Shown one piece after another: positions 1 through 14,014 of a stretch of DNA of 64,000 bases; the first letter of the stretch is position 1, and each line of letters starts with the position of its first letter. The notes beneath the pieces were generated by a model. The model did not search any database. It had not been told where the DNA came from and saw nothing but the letters and a program-made list of their open reading frames with translations. Source of the stretch: Ylistrum balloti (taxonomy: Eukaryota). The stretch lies in contig NW_026782600.1 in the NCBI RefSeq assembly GCF_031769215.1, positions 62,001 to 126,000 on the forward strand, in the 5' to 3' direction. The translations under genes and the position numbers were made by a program.

Positions 1-3000
1 GAAGAATGACGGTGATGTTTGACATGGGTATCCTTGATGTTTATTCAACAGATTCTTTACATCGAATTGACAATGAGTTGGATAACAGCGACATCATATA
101 TGAAACACACTTTTTGAAGTTTCTACATAATATTTTTTAAGTTGAAGATAAGAATACAGATCCCTAAGTACTGTGTTTTTTCTAAACAAATGTTTCTGTT
201 ACAACCCAGAAGAAAACCAATCTCACTTTCCGAGTATTAAATGACATATATTTGTACTAAAAGATGTACAAATAAGATCCATTATGCAAACGTCTCTGTC
301 CAATATATATGCAAACTCTCATTTTCCTAGAGTTATGATTTAAAGCAAAACTGATCTCCGTGGTAGAAAATACCATGATGCTAAGCCATTACTTCCGACT
401 TAAAATATGAAGATACCCTTACTTTCGGTATATTGAGTGGCACTGTCCATCATGCCTTGTCACAATACACCATATGTTTAAGACTTATTTTCAAACAACC
501 TGAACTTCACAAAACACCAGCATGTTACATTCAGATCATACAATTTTGTCATTACTTTATAGCAAAATATGTGTGATTCAGAAAGTAGAAACTGCAGAGC
601 ATGCTTAACATGTGACATGCTGATGACCAACAAGATGTGCTCACACACTCCACCTGGTGAAGAGCACAACATCGTGTGTATGTTCTGTCACAGTTTTGCT
701 ATACAAATATACATCCTTTATGCAGCACACAGACAAAGAAACAAACAAGTACAATGCTGGTTGCCCATACAAATAACAATTAGTATTTACATAAACATTG
801 ATCAGCCACATACACTGTTCCTATATTTCCATAGTTTTATCCAGTTTATCCAGTTGGATTTTTAACTTTATATTTCATCAAGGATAAGCAATCGTACCGA
901 TATTTCATAAAGAACAGAAAAAGTAAAGAACAAAGTCTTAACATTGTAATTGTTTCTGTTTGGAGTGATAATTGATAAAGCTTTAGGATGCCAATTTCCT
1001 TGCCCCCATCCCCTAAAGAATGAAAAAAACCCAACCCCAAAACACAAACAAAAATCTATTTTTTTTTTTGAAAATTAAAGTGCTGAACAGTATATACCAA
1101 TAACAACTATAACTTGTTTCTCTTCTTAAGGAGTATTGTACAAGACAATAAAATTATGTACAAAAGTACTTCCTACATACCTATAGTGCTATGTACAACG
1201 TATGCAAGACTAAGACAATATGTGTCGTGCGAGGTACACTGTGCAGCACTATGTACATACATGTAGTATATATACAAAATCTTGTCTACAGAGTACAGGA
1301 CAGATATATAAACTGTACAATTGTAATATGTACACTGTATAGTGGTGCACTCTTTATCACAGGGTTGAGTGTAATAAGGAATAAAGTATGGAGAGAACAT
1401 ATTTAGAAGACAGTGTACTCAGGGAAAATACTATTTACAAAATAATGTATTCAGAAAAGCAGGATGTTTATAGAAAACATGTTAGAGAAAGTTGTATATA
1501 CAGAATAACATTTAGAGAAGTTGATTTTAGAGAATAGGTATTTTGGGAAAATTTTATTCTGACACAAAGGCATTTAGACAATCATGTCTTGAGAGATAAC
1601 TGTTAATGCTATGTGAGAATTGCATTTGAAGAATATTATGTAGCTGCAAAGAGTGTACATAATAAAATACCTCAAATGTGCACAACATTACAAAGTAAGC
1701 TATCCAAAGTGTACACCATTCAGTACAACGTACATTATACAATAGCCACACCCCCTCACCACACACACTATGTACCACGACACAAAACAAAGATGGCCGT
1801 CAAACCTGACGCAATTCTATCATATCTGACATAAAAAATTACATTTCACGGAGACCAGCTCCTTGAACTTTTAAACACAACAGCTCTGTAAAAACACTCT
1901 TAAAACAAAATACCTGATAATGTCACAGAATTATCACTTTGTAATCTAGGATAAATAAAAAAGGGGAATAACTCCAACAGTAGAATTAATGTTCACATTT
2001 TGACACGGATCATATCTTAATATATTATGTCAAATGTCTTTATTATAATGAAGGCCAACCTAGCAGAATAAGAAAACTGAGCCAAATACCATACATGGTA
2101 CAAAAGAAAGGCCTTAGAAATCAAAAGGATAGTGTTGAAGAGCTTGTGAAAATGACATGCATGTAACAGTCCCAATGCAGAAACACAAAACACTGAAAAA
2201 ACAAACTTCATAGTTCAGTACAATGAGTTGGAATGAACTTGTTTCAACTCTAGGAATCAATGCCAACTTAAATTCAACTCTTAGAACTGATTTAAAAAAA
2301 GAGAGAAAATCCAATCAACAAAAATGATTTGACAAAATATCACTGTGTGGCAATCAATGAAAAATGTTTCCTGGTTAACTCTGACATAATCAACTTAAAT
2401 GCTAACATAGTACTATTTAACATGCATTATTTTTCACTTTTGTTGATGCAGAGCATGTACTCTTTACTTCAGTAAACAAAAGCAAATTGAATATTTCTAT
2501 TTAAATACTCCATGAGGATGAAGGTGTGAAGGAGACCAACCATATATAAGTAAATTGAGGTGACTATACACAGACAATTTAATGAAGGCGGAGACAAAAC
2601 CTCCAGGTAACACTACAAAGAAATAGCACTAACCTGGATATTCCACCAATTCAATGAGGAATGAGAAGAAAGAAATTTGGACTGATGATACAGTAGCGCT
2701 GTGGGGCTGAATAAAATGACCAGGACAGAATGGTTGTAGAGTTGTGGAGGTTCCTCTGATATAAATCCTTAAAAATTTGGTCAAAGTTTTAAATAATCCA
2801 ACAGGAGAACAAGTTACTTAAAACATATCGTTTTTAAGTACAAATTTGTAACAAGAATGTCCTGGAAAACTCCTTTCTCAGGTTTGACAATTTCAACACT
2901 TATCATTTTCTCTAAAGTTCAGTTATTGTTAATTACAAATTTGGCTGCATTTTTGTCGTGTAGAGATATTCAATGTTATCTATATAAGTTAACTTTATCG

Positions 3001-4699
3001 TTTAAATCAACATCCAGGTTAGGGTACAGCAGAAAATATCCATCACACTCTCATCAAAACAAGTAAAACTTTTAAATATATTTTTTTTCTTATCAATTCA
3101 AAGCTCATACAAATATTATCTATTCTATGTTTACAGAACTGGAAAGACAAGCTAGGGTAGGTATATGGTATCGTATTAATCTAACATAGGGAACTTCAAC
3201 TACACACAGAATACAGAAACAGACCAACAACAATTCTGTATCCATTTGTGCAACTACCAACCTGTACTATTGAACAATGAGTTTCCAGTTGGCACTAGCT
3301 GGTTTATACACCACAAGACCACAACTTAAAACAGACAGTGTCAGCAAAAGACTCCAGTTTCATTGTCATCCCTAAGCTCAGGGCCCTAAAGACCTTGTTT
3401 GATGTAATTGTTTGACGAAGGTTCTCTAGTCACTTTAAATACTCACTACAGTTGGCAGCATAAAACCACCACAGACCTAAACAGACAATGGTATCTATAG
3501 AATCACATACTGGATAAGGATAGACTTTTAACATTGGGTGTTGTGCCTTCATTATGTGACTAAAGATGTTCACACTATGTTGAAATTATACAGGTAGGTA
3601 CACTATATACAAAATCTATCTAGACAAAATCCACACACTGTGATTGTACTTAAAATCAGGAAAACATTCCCTGTACACAAATGATGCTTTTTCGACAACT
3701 AAATTTTCAGTACAGTGGTATATAATTCTTACTGTCTACATAATTGAATAAAGCAACACACTCTTCCCTAGAATAAATACCCTGAGATTTTTATATGCTT
3801 TTAATCTGCTTAATATCTGATACATCAATCCAGTTTCTAACTATGGTCCCCATTTTCTGTAACATCACTTCAAAGCACAAATCAGGAGAGGAGGTTAAAA
3901 TGAAACCATGGCATTTGGTGGTGGACTGACACATCAAAGAGATACTCCACTTTTCAAGTATTTTCATATCACAAAAAGTTGAATTTGATATGTTTTAAAT
4001 ATTAAACTTAAAGATTGACCTCGAATGAAAGAACATATTTCTGCAAAATTCTATTTTTGTGCGCATCTTGAAGGACCTGTTTTTGGCACAATTATAGCAT
4101 AACAGACACTCTTCAAGTTACATACGCCCTGTTTTACTACTACTTGTATCTATTAAGTATGAAAATAGATATTTCAAATTTGGCAATTAACATACTCAGA
4201 TGTTTTGAGTTTAACAGAAAAATGCAGCTACATCGTGTTAAGATATGGATGTTTACTTCAGGTCTTCCTACAAGAGTATGTCAGACAATTCTGTAGTTTT
4301 TAAATACTACAGATAAAATGTGTGGCATTTAAAAAAAGATTTAATATCATGAAACAATTCAACATGCATGGTGTGGAAGTCAATTAAAATCAATGTTAAA
4401 AAGAAAATGCTGAGATCCTGCAAAAACATGTACATGAATAAAATCCAATCAATCACATGCATGTTTTAAAATGATTGTATATGAACTTATATACATGTAA
4501 AGATACATGTACAGTTAAAAATGTGTAACACTTTCTTATACACAAACCAAGAATCAAAAACATAAACAAAAGTGAAATTGTGTTAAAAAAATGGACAGCA
4601 CCTTGCAAAACTTTCTATCTGCATGCTTTTTATTATACATCTATGCAGATTGATTTTTAAGTTAAAAGAACTTATATTTGTCCAGTCTATTATTCCACT

Positions 4700-7086
4700 T
4701 ATATGAAGGAGATAACCCTAATCATATTTATTTGATCACGTCTCATATCTATCAATTTGGATAATCACACATACTTTAATCTCTGAAATGAAAATGTCTT
4801 TGCAAATATTTGCTATTAAAGTAAACAAAGAGCAACCACACATATCAGTTTTGAAATTTGATTTCTTTCCTTGTTGGTTTTTATTCTCCAAAGCGATTGT
4901 TTTTTTTTTGTTTTTTTTTTTTTGTTTTATAAATTCCTTGATTACAATATTAATTTTAAGTCCATCATAAAGTCTTCCCCTAGTACAATACATATTACAA
5001 TAAATTTTATACAATACATATTACAATTATATCAGAGTGAATGTGAAAAATCTCATGCTTAGCTCGATATGATATGTAAAGCCAAATCTGACAGATTTAG
5101 TGACCAAATATTTCTTTTTGTTATACTTCAATAGAATTTAATTCAATCAGGAGAGCTTAGAAATGAAAGAAAGATAAATATATTTCTAATTATTCTACTA
5201 CTCATCTTTGCTTGTTCTAATTCCTTCTTTCATTTTAAATTAACAAATTAAAAAAAAAGTAATGTGAAGTGCAAATGTACTTGTTATTATTTTTACAGAA
5301 ACTTTTATGAATTTCAAAAGATGATCCTTCCTAACTAAGCTTTAGTCAACTGTCTGAAGAGGGGTCTTACTCATGTCATTTGTAAGTGTTGTCTCTGCAT
5401 GGCAAATTTTCATGATCCACAACTTGCTTTCTTTCTGAATAGGTTAAGTTACAACAAATATTTGTTAAAACAATGAAAAATAATCAATAATAAATTGGAA
5501 AAAAAAACAAAACATGCAGTGTATTTCATTGGCTGTATCATTTATAAACAGAAAAACTCTTAAACAGAAGAAAAAACAATATGAGTTCTGAAAATTGGTC
5601 CATGCAGTGCAAAACAATTAAGTTCAAACCTGTCTTTGCATCTACCTGTATTCAGAAAATTGATCTTTAATGCCAATTATCAATTAAAAATAATTCTCTG
5701 TTCTTATCTTATATGACTAATGGTCAGCCATGGTTTTTCGTACATAAAAGTATTCGAAGTAAGTCACATTCTGGTACATGTATGAAAGCGACCAATACAG
5801 TTTGGGAGAATTCGGAACAGTACTAGCTGTTAAACCGACATGGTAGTGTAGAGCCCTACAACTCACTTCAAAGTGAATCTCCTCATGAATTTATCTTGCC
5901 ATAACAAAGCTATGCCTGATTGATATATAGCTAATGCCATACATATGATAACAACACCTTAAGCCATCTGGTAATATGTATAGATATATATGATAAAATT
6001 CTTGAAAGGCATTAGATTCCTGACTTGAATGTTTTGCATACTCAGTTTTTTTATAACGAGTACCTTAAATGTTGTATGACAAGACATATTAATGAAAAAA
6101 TGTGTGTTATAACACAGGATTGAGGGAACAAAGACAAGGCTAATGGAAGACAATCCCATTCAGACAGTCAATATCTAAACCCTAGACTAATAAAACTTTC
6201 AAATGTGGATTCAAAAATATCACATTATACATATTAGAAGAAAACCTGTTACAGGGTCCACGTTATATATTTTACAGTGTGAGATGTAGCTAAATCACTG
6301 ATACTGCTGCTACAGCAGTTCTTAACACAAGAAATCTTCTCAGCAGCAAAAACGCTCCTTCATCATATTAACCTTACTACATTCAATTAGTATTTTCGTC
6401 TTGAAATGGATTTGATGATCAGAGGATAAGTGACTACGATCCTTACACCAGAAGTGTTATGTCTTAGAATACAACATACATTTGTAATTTCATCAATTTC
6501 AATTCGGCTTTGAAAGCCAAATGGTCATAGACAACACAATATCACTAGATCTATTACGTTCATCAAGATACTGTGAACACATTGTAGTTACCACAGCTGA
6601 TGCATCATGCTTCCGTGCTGATGTCACAATACTCTTCTCGCACAGGTCTGTCTGTAAAGAAACAACCTAGCAAAGCCATATACTTACAAAATGCCCCATC
6701 TTCACTAAGAAAAGGTCATTCTCTAGTACACATTTTCTAAAATAAAATTCTCTCATAAATCTTTGTCAACACATGGTTAATTATTCTAAAGGTCTTTTGT
6801 TCAAAATGACAAAACTTGTTTATTGTGTATGCTTACATGAGTAATGATTATTTGGGGGGGAAAAGTCACATAAATAATGAGTATGAGAGAAAGATGAATG
6901 CAGGAGTCCAGACCTTAAATATCCTACAGTTAGAATATAGATTAGTTGTACCAGAGAATGTACAGAGCACCACAGACAAAACAGATTCTACTGTGGTTTG
7001 TATGTATGACTTAATACCATATATGTGAACAGGGTGTCTGAGGTAAAACTGATCAATCATTACAACCTCACTATAGTGGGCACTTG
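4700..7086 (-). other. Probable SNRK 3' UTR (extent uncertain)
   Basis: Non-coding, U-rich on the minus strand; minus-strand AATAAA hexamers at 6819-6824, 4880-4885 and 4727-4732. The true end cannot be determined from sequence alone. Confidence 0.4.
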
Positions 7087-8392
7087 TCATACAACTGAAC
7101 AGCATTTGGTTTGAACCCGTGCTGGTTGTAAATTGGAGTTATGTCCCTTACAATACCCATTATTCCTGTTAATGTCCATTTTGACCTTGACCTTGTGTCT
7201 AACTGTCCTTTCACGCATCCCATTCAGACAACAGTCTGTTGAACACACAAAATTGATATTTTCATTTTTTTTAACATTAAACATCTCATTCAGACCATGG
7301 TCAGCCAGTTTGCTGAAGTCCTGTGAGATAATCTCCTGTCGTGACTTGACTGAGTTTAGTTGGTTGATGTGATCTGTCACTGAAGCCTGAGTATCTAGTT
7401 TGTCATTGTTAGCCTTGACCTTGACCTCATCCTCATCACTGTCACTCTCATTACGCTCCACAATATACTTAAGGCTGTTTTTACTAGACACACTGTTCAG
7501 ACTGAGGTTTGACAGATTCGAGTTGACACCAAGTTCTCCAATGTTACGTCCAAGAGACATTTGCAGGTTGTTGTGATGGTAGTTCTGGCGCTTATTACCA
7601 TAGTTACTGCCGCCTCCACGCTTTCCATTTTTATTTCCCCCACCACCCCCATTGCCATCATCATCTTTTTTGTTGTCACGGTGACCACCACCTCCTCCCC
7701 CTCCAAATCCTGGGCCACCTCCGAGGTTTCCCCCACTTGGGCCAGAGGGGCCGCCGTCTGTGTCACTAGAATGGTCACTGCTATCTCGGCGATGCATGAA
7801 TTTATGTTTAAGTTTGTCTTTCCGTGACCTGCCTTCAGTGTCATCCGTATCACTAGCATCAGAACTGCTACAACTGGTCCCCCTTGACCCTTTGCCACGT
7901 TTTTTACGAGTGACATACTTCCGGACCACCTCTGGGGATGCTGCACTGTTACGATTCATGTGCAGACGTGGGGAATGCAACTTTGATGGCACATAATCAT
8001 CTTCCTCTTCAGACTCATGCTCCTCACAGATCTGATTTAGAAGCTGTGGGGAACTCGCTACAGATACCAGAGGTCGTTTTGGGTTTAAAAAATCTTTGTC
8101 GACACGAGTCAGAGATGTATGTGAGCGACAGTAACTGTCATCAAGACTCTCTGCTGACTTTGCTGACCTAAGATCCACCTCCATGTCCATATCGTCACTG
8201 TCCTCATCATCATCTATCGATTCTTCTTTGATGAGACTGTACTTGCGTGGGATGTTGCTGATCACATGTTCAGGACTCTGAGGTGAGGAGGTTGAGGTGA
8301 ATGGGTGTGTCCCTGGAGGTGACACTAAAGATGTCACTATACTGGTCTTTGGTCGACTCTGCTCTGATTTCTGGTCCTTGTCTTTTTGGCTA
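7087..8392 (-). CDS. SNRK: SNRK last coding exon (1306 nt; disordered regulatory tail and CaaX box)
   Basis: Acceptor gtgtttcAG at 8394-8393, phase 2. Contains SNRK tail motifs LNQICEEHESEEE, ASPEVVRKY, RGTSCSSSDASDTD and HRRDSS, a Gly-rich tract, and ends KCCSVV*. Core exons total 2427 nt = 808 aa plus stop. Confidence 0.95.
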
Positions 8393-9049
8393 CTGAAACA
8401 CAAAACAAACTGAGGTCATTAATACAGCCAATCAGAGCATAAATTTATTATTTTGTTCTAGTTTACAGTGATTGTTAATAAATGAAGATTTAGCTGTCCT
8501 AAAGAAATAAATGGTACACAAGCAGATCAACGACTATAAAACCAAAATACCCTACCAACCATTCTTTATTCATAACAGTATACATGAATGACAAACATTA
8601 GATTTAAAAGAATATCTTATTTGAATATACAAAACAATCAGCTACATTTCATGATTTTGTTTCAAATACACATATTTTCAAAATCAAAAATCGTTTTCTT
8701 GTTTGCAAGGAAGTTTATATGCATGGATGGGAATAGAACTTTCATCCAAAATGAATGAATTCAAAGTGCAAAAACAAGTCCTTCCAGGGCCGAAAACACA
8801 TAACAAGATTAGTTGTAGATTTGAGTGGTGAATACCAAAATCTGAACTCTTTATCTTTATCACTTTGGTCATGATTGTGGGACAATGAATGCGAATAAAA
8901 TTTCTCGATGTGGCAAGTATATAAAACAAAAAATCCTTGGATTGTCCTCTTTGTCAAATTCTTCAATATGACAACATAACGAACATCCTAAATATTAACA
9001 CCATGTACAGAGAATACTAAAGAATTGTTTTATGACATACGCTACTTAT

Positions 9050-9560
9050 AGACAAATAAAAAATTCTTCCTATGTCGTTTGGACTCCAATGGTGATCTAG
9101 GATTGCCATAAAATGCACATCAAACAAATACTATCACAAAGCTAGAATTCCTTTGACCTATTCTTCAGCTTAAGCTTCAGTCCTTCTCAAGAAATAGTGA
9201 TAACAAACTAAACTATCAAATCAAAGAGGGCCAACTTTCAAATTTTTCGTTTCTCTGATCAGTATAAATTGGCAATATCCAACTAGGGACTATGAAAAGC
9301 TGCCATCTGAAGTCAAGAATGATCGATCCAGTGCTTCAGGAAGTAGCAGTAACAAACTATTACTGTCAAACTCAAAGATGACCATGATTTGGCGATATTG
9401 TCTTTCTGATCAGTCCCAAAATGAACAATGTGCAACTAGAGACAAAGAGGAACCTATAAAGGAAAATTGAAATGATCCAGCAAATTGTTTTCAAAATATA
9501 TTGATAAAAAAGATTTGATGGATGAAGAGCAATTTGAACAACCCACCATTTGTTGTTGGG
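9050..9560. mobile_element. Degenerate interspersed repeat (bivalve Helitron/HINE-like family, tentative); related pieces at 60090-60260 and 63270-63430 in opposite orientation
   Basis: ttctgatcagtcccaaa (9405-9421) is the exact reverse complement of tttgggactgatcagaa near 63346-63362; aactagagacaaagaggaaccta and aactagggact are echoed at both distal sites. Family assignment is from recalled bivalve repeat motifs. Confidence 0.5.
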
Positions 9561-9564
9561 GATT

Positions 9565-10090
9565 CTAATCTACAAAACTAACCTTTTTTATTGCTGAAAT
9601 TTTGGTGGGTTGAAATCTATGAGACTACTCAGGTAAACCATTCTAACAACTGAAATTTTGAAGGGTTGAAATTCATTAAAAACGAAATGAGGGCTGAAAT
9701 CCTTGAAACTAAGTTTTTCTTTGCTAAAATCTAGGAGGGCTAAAATCTACAAGACTAGCCAAATATTATTCCTTAAATCTTGAAGAGTTAAAATCTTCAC
9801 GAATCCTATTTTTCAAATGTACAAGAAGACTACATGAATTTTATTGCTAAAATGAAGGAGAGCTGTAATCAACCCGACCCAAGCTAATCTTATTGCGGAA
9901 ATCTAGGAGGGTTGAAATCTAGGAGGGTTGAAATCTATTAGATTTAAACAATTCTTTAAGGTGAAATCTTGGGGGATCAAAATCTACAAGACTAAACAAA
10001 TTTTATAAGTAAAATCTAGGAGAGTTGTATTTTACCAAACTAAGCAATTCTTATTGCTGAAATCCATAGGGGTTGAAATCTACATGACTG
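9565..10090. repeat. Degenerate minisatellite (gaaatctaggagggttgaaatcta core, irregular period)
   Basis: Recurrent gaaatct, gggttgaaatc and caagacta motifs throughout the interval. Confidence 0.7.
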
Positions 10091-13000
10091 AACACATACA
10101 TAAAGTAACAAGTACTGCTGCAGATATATGAAAAGTACTATTATTGGTTCATGTACTGAAAGACTTACATCTTTCTACCTGCATAAATCTTTCTGAATCA
10201 TAGTTTACTAATAAACAAATGAACTTGAATACTTCAAGCTTATAAACAATGCTAGCTAGTTCACTACTATACTTTAATCTTTAAAACTACTCTAGCTCAA
10301 CAATACCGCTGCAATAGTTGACTAAGGACACGTCTGAAAATCTGTTACTGACTGAAGGCAAGAAGCATAAGCCAATCTATTCTATTAGTCTACTTCTGTA
10401 CCAGTGCTACCTCCTACTGGTGTGATATCTAGACTTTGTACTACGGGCACAATACAGCAAAATAAACAGGATAGTCTTGAATTCCATGACATAGTGTCTA
10501 TCGTCCTTTTCACTACATTTAAATGCATGTACCCTAATCTTACTGACCAGACTCCTGACCTTGACCTGTCTTTTGACCTTGACCTGTCTTGCGACCTTCT
10601 TTTTTTTCCCCGCAGTCTAATTTTGCTATTGCTATTTTTTAGCCATAAGACTGGATGGTGATTATCAATCTTGAGAAAGTACTACATCATATCTTTGAAA
10701 TTCCTGATCTTCACTTAAAATACCAAATTTGGGCATGGTAAATTGAATATATATACTGCACTAAAGATATCAACCATGGCATCAAGACATTTTCCAAGTT
10801 AAATGCTGTATTAACTGTATTAATTTATATATGATGCTAGTCGGGGAAATCAACAAACTATTGTGAAATTTCAGACAAAAAATATTGATGAATTGAAATA
10901 ATTTTCACACATTTAGTGTAGACCCTGACGTCCAAAAAATTTCATGGGTACAGTTTACATTTTGGTGTCAACTTCTTCACTGACTTCTGAAAGGTACACA
11001 AAGCTTTATATAAAAATATCAAATAAAACCTGCAAAAAACATTTCAATACCTCCACCTGAATGATTACATTCCAGTTAGCTAACATGTGCTAAGTCACAA
11101 TACCTCGATTAAACTATTCCTTTGCATTCAGTAAGACAGTCGGCATTCACATAATACAATCAATTTTTAACACCATGTACTCAGTTGTGCAAGTGGAACA
11201 ATATCTACTTTCCAATTTTGGATAATAAATGAAACATTTGTTATTACCTGTCCCCATAATACAATGGCAATGATTTCTTGAAAAAAAATCTCTGATTAAA
11301 AGTTTTCGAAAACAACATCTGCATTTACATATCACTTCCTTTGAGATTCTATTCAAGATTTAATGGTATAATGATGTATTTTTCTTAGAAATCCTCCAGC
11401 ATTTATTAACATTTGAATTAAATTTGAAGTAACACCGAAGTCATACAAAAATAATCATTTTGTTTTTCTTTCTCATTTGAAAATGTATGGTAATTTAGGG
11501 TACACCCTAAACTAGACATCACACATACATTATAAATGTTACCTACAAAATTCATAAATTTTTGAAGTAATATTCTTTTGTCAGAATCACATTAGAAAAA
11601 TTCAGTTTTGAACACCATCAATCTAACCATTTTTTTTTTCAATTCTTTTTTCAAGAAATCAGAGCCAAAAAACCCCGATAACAAAGCATGCATGAGAGTT
11701 GATAATCTGTGCCAAAGACAGGAGTTGTCAAATTCAATTACATCAACTATGCATGCATTCATGTGTGTTTGATGCTGAAGTCATAATAAATATGTTAAAA
11801 AGAAATATACAAAATTGAACTCCACAAAACCAAACTGTGGCAGGTTAAATCATTAAGAGGATTTACCAAAGACACGGTTCCCCTTCTAGCTGTGAACAGG
11901 CACATAGAGTTTGTGTCACTAGACCACGCTGTTTGACCCTTTTGAAAAGGAACATTACACAAGATTTAAGTTTTAGTATCAACACAAAAGGCAATACATG
12001 GATCTGACAGCAAATTTCTGGCTCAAACAGGTATAGTATCAAATGCATGTGGCTCCAACAATCAGGCAATATACAGTGTAAATCGTAAGGCAATATAATA
12101 TATGTACCAACAGTTGGACAATTTCTGGATTTTGTGCTCATCAAATCCACTCTTACAGCTAAGTAATACACAGCTACAAGACCTAAGCAAGACACAATTT
12201 CAGTCATCCAAGCGGTTTGTACATAAAAGAGAAGACACTAAAATGAAACTATCCTTGCATTCAAAAAGTAGAGGACAATATTTAAATTTATTCTATTTTC
12301 ACTTTCTCGGATCTTTCATCTGTTTTTACCTCCTTCTTCAGCCTCAGATTAACTTTTGCTGTATATGACAACCTAGCTACTTTTATGAAATGTTCATGCT
12401 ACTATGAAATTTAATGCTAATGCAAATATTATTTTACTACAGTCATATGCATCAACTCTATATTTGACTATTTGACTGACAAGAAAATCCAGCGTGTCTA
12501 GTATGATATTCCTAGAGCATCACATTCGAGTTCACATTTTATATCAGACTTAAGAGTCTTTGGAATTTTTCAAATTTCATAATCCATTGATAAAATAGAA
12601 TGAAATATTTCTGATAAGTTTAAAAAAAAATCTCAGGAAATGGATGCTTGTGATAATTTTTATTACATTACTTTGATACTTTAGAGTCATGAAACAGCAT
12701 TTTATTTGACTAATTCAGAATCTAAACTGACGACATTCGTGCTCCATTTCTTTCTCTTTGATGACATCATAATGCATTTGATGCTAATGAATTTATGACA
12801 TTACAACAAAGACAATGGGACCCTTCAGCTAATGTCAGCTTTTCTAGGTGTCGTAACACAGGTGATTATAGCAATATTTATGTAATGGGTGTTATTACAC
12901 ATTAGCAGGGTAGCTATGTGATAAATAACCATTCAGGATCTAACACACGAAATTTGGTCAGCTGTCCCCCACAGAAACAGTTGAGTGTACACACCGGTAC

Positions 13001-14014
13001 ATTAATTCATTATCTTGTTATCAATTTCTTATTTCAATAACAATTCTAACAGTGAAAACTTTAAGCTTCTAAAATGTACTTGTAAAAACAAATGCAATCT
13101 AATCTATCATTTTCTATTTGTACAAGTGGCTGAGCCCCTAAGCACACTGCAATTCTGCAATGAATCAAAATCTCAATGATAAAAAAACATTTGTTGAAAG
13201 GACTAAATTCCATATGGTTAACTCATAACCATGGGCTAAGGACCAATGGGCACTGACAGTAGCAAAAGATTCCATAATATAATGTACCTGTACATCAAGT
13301 ATGTTTGTTTTCTCCATTTCAAAAAAGGGAAAAAATTAAAGGGGGGAACAAACAAACATGACACAGATTCTTTGTTGTAACATGTCAGATGAAGTTTTTC
13401 TGAAGTACTCGGGGTTGGGCTGTAAACATGCATGAAGAAACTGGTCAATCTACACCTGTTGCATCCATTCTGTTACTGTTGCTGACGGTAGATTTATAGA
13501 TGACATGCAGGCCAAGACCCAGGCAGACAGAATGGACAGTGGATGTAGACAGGTCATGGTATACCATGCAGTGTTAGGGACCTCTGTGGTCTACAGTCCG
13601 TAACAATGTCAGTTCATCACCATGCTTATTCTAACTAAACTATCTCAAGGACATCACAACAGACAAAAAAAATATCTTTTTTGGAATGGAAGACTATTTT
13701 AGAAATTTAAGATGTGAATTCCATTCAGGATGATGGTTCCAGACACAATAGGTTCTCTGCTAACAGTCCGAGTGATGGGTGCTTTGCATTAAGTTGGACT
13801 GAACTGAGCATTTCCACATCACTGACAATCTAACCATCATTCACTAAACTACAAAGATGGTCATCAAATGGTTAGTTTGGAGATATGATTGATAGGATGC
13901 AGAGCGTGCCGTTAGTCAAGGGATCAACTTGCGGTGTGAGAGATGGACTACCAAACCGACGCCAATATTGTCACAATGGAGTGAACTGCAGGCAGGACAC
14001 CATGCCATAATTAC

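Noticed and set aside
478-7105. Numerous 60-100 aa ORFs in the track here and throughout the introns
   Set aside because: Compositionally typical of AT-rich non-coding DNA, with no domain motifs or splice-consistent structure.
12290-12362. Possible small minus-strand exon (AKVNLRLKKE...)
   Set aside because: The phase-2 reading required by the neighbours hits a stop at once (C AAA AGT TAA); no phase-compatible donor.
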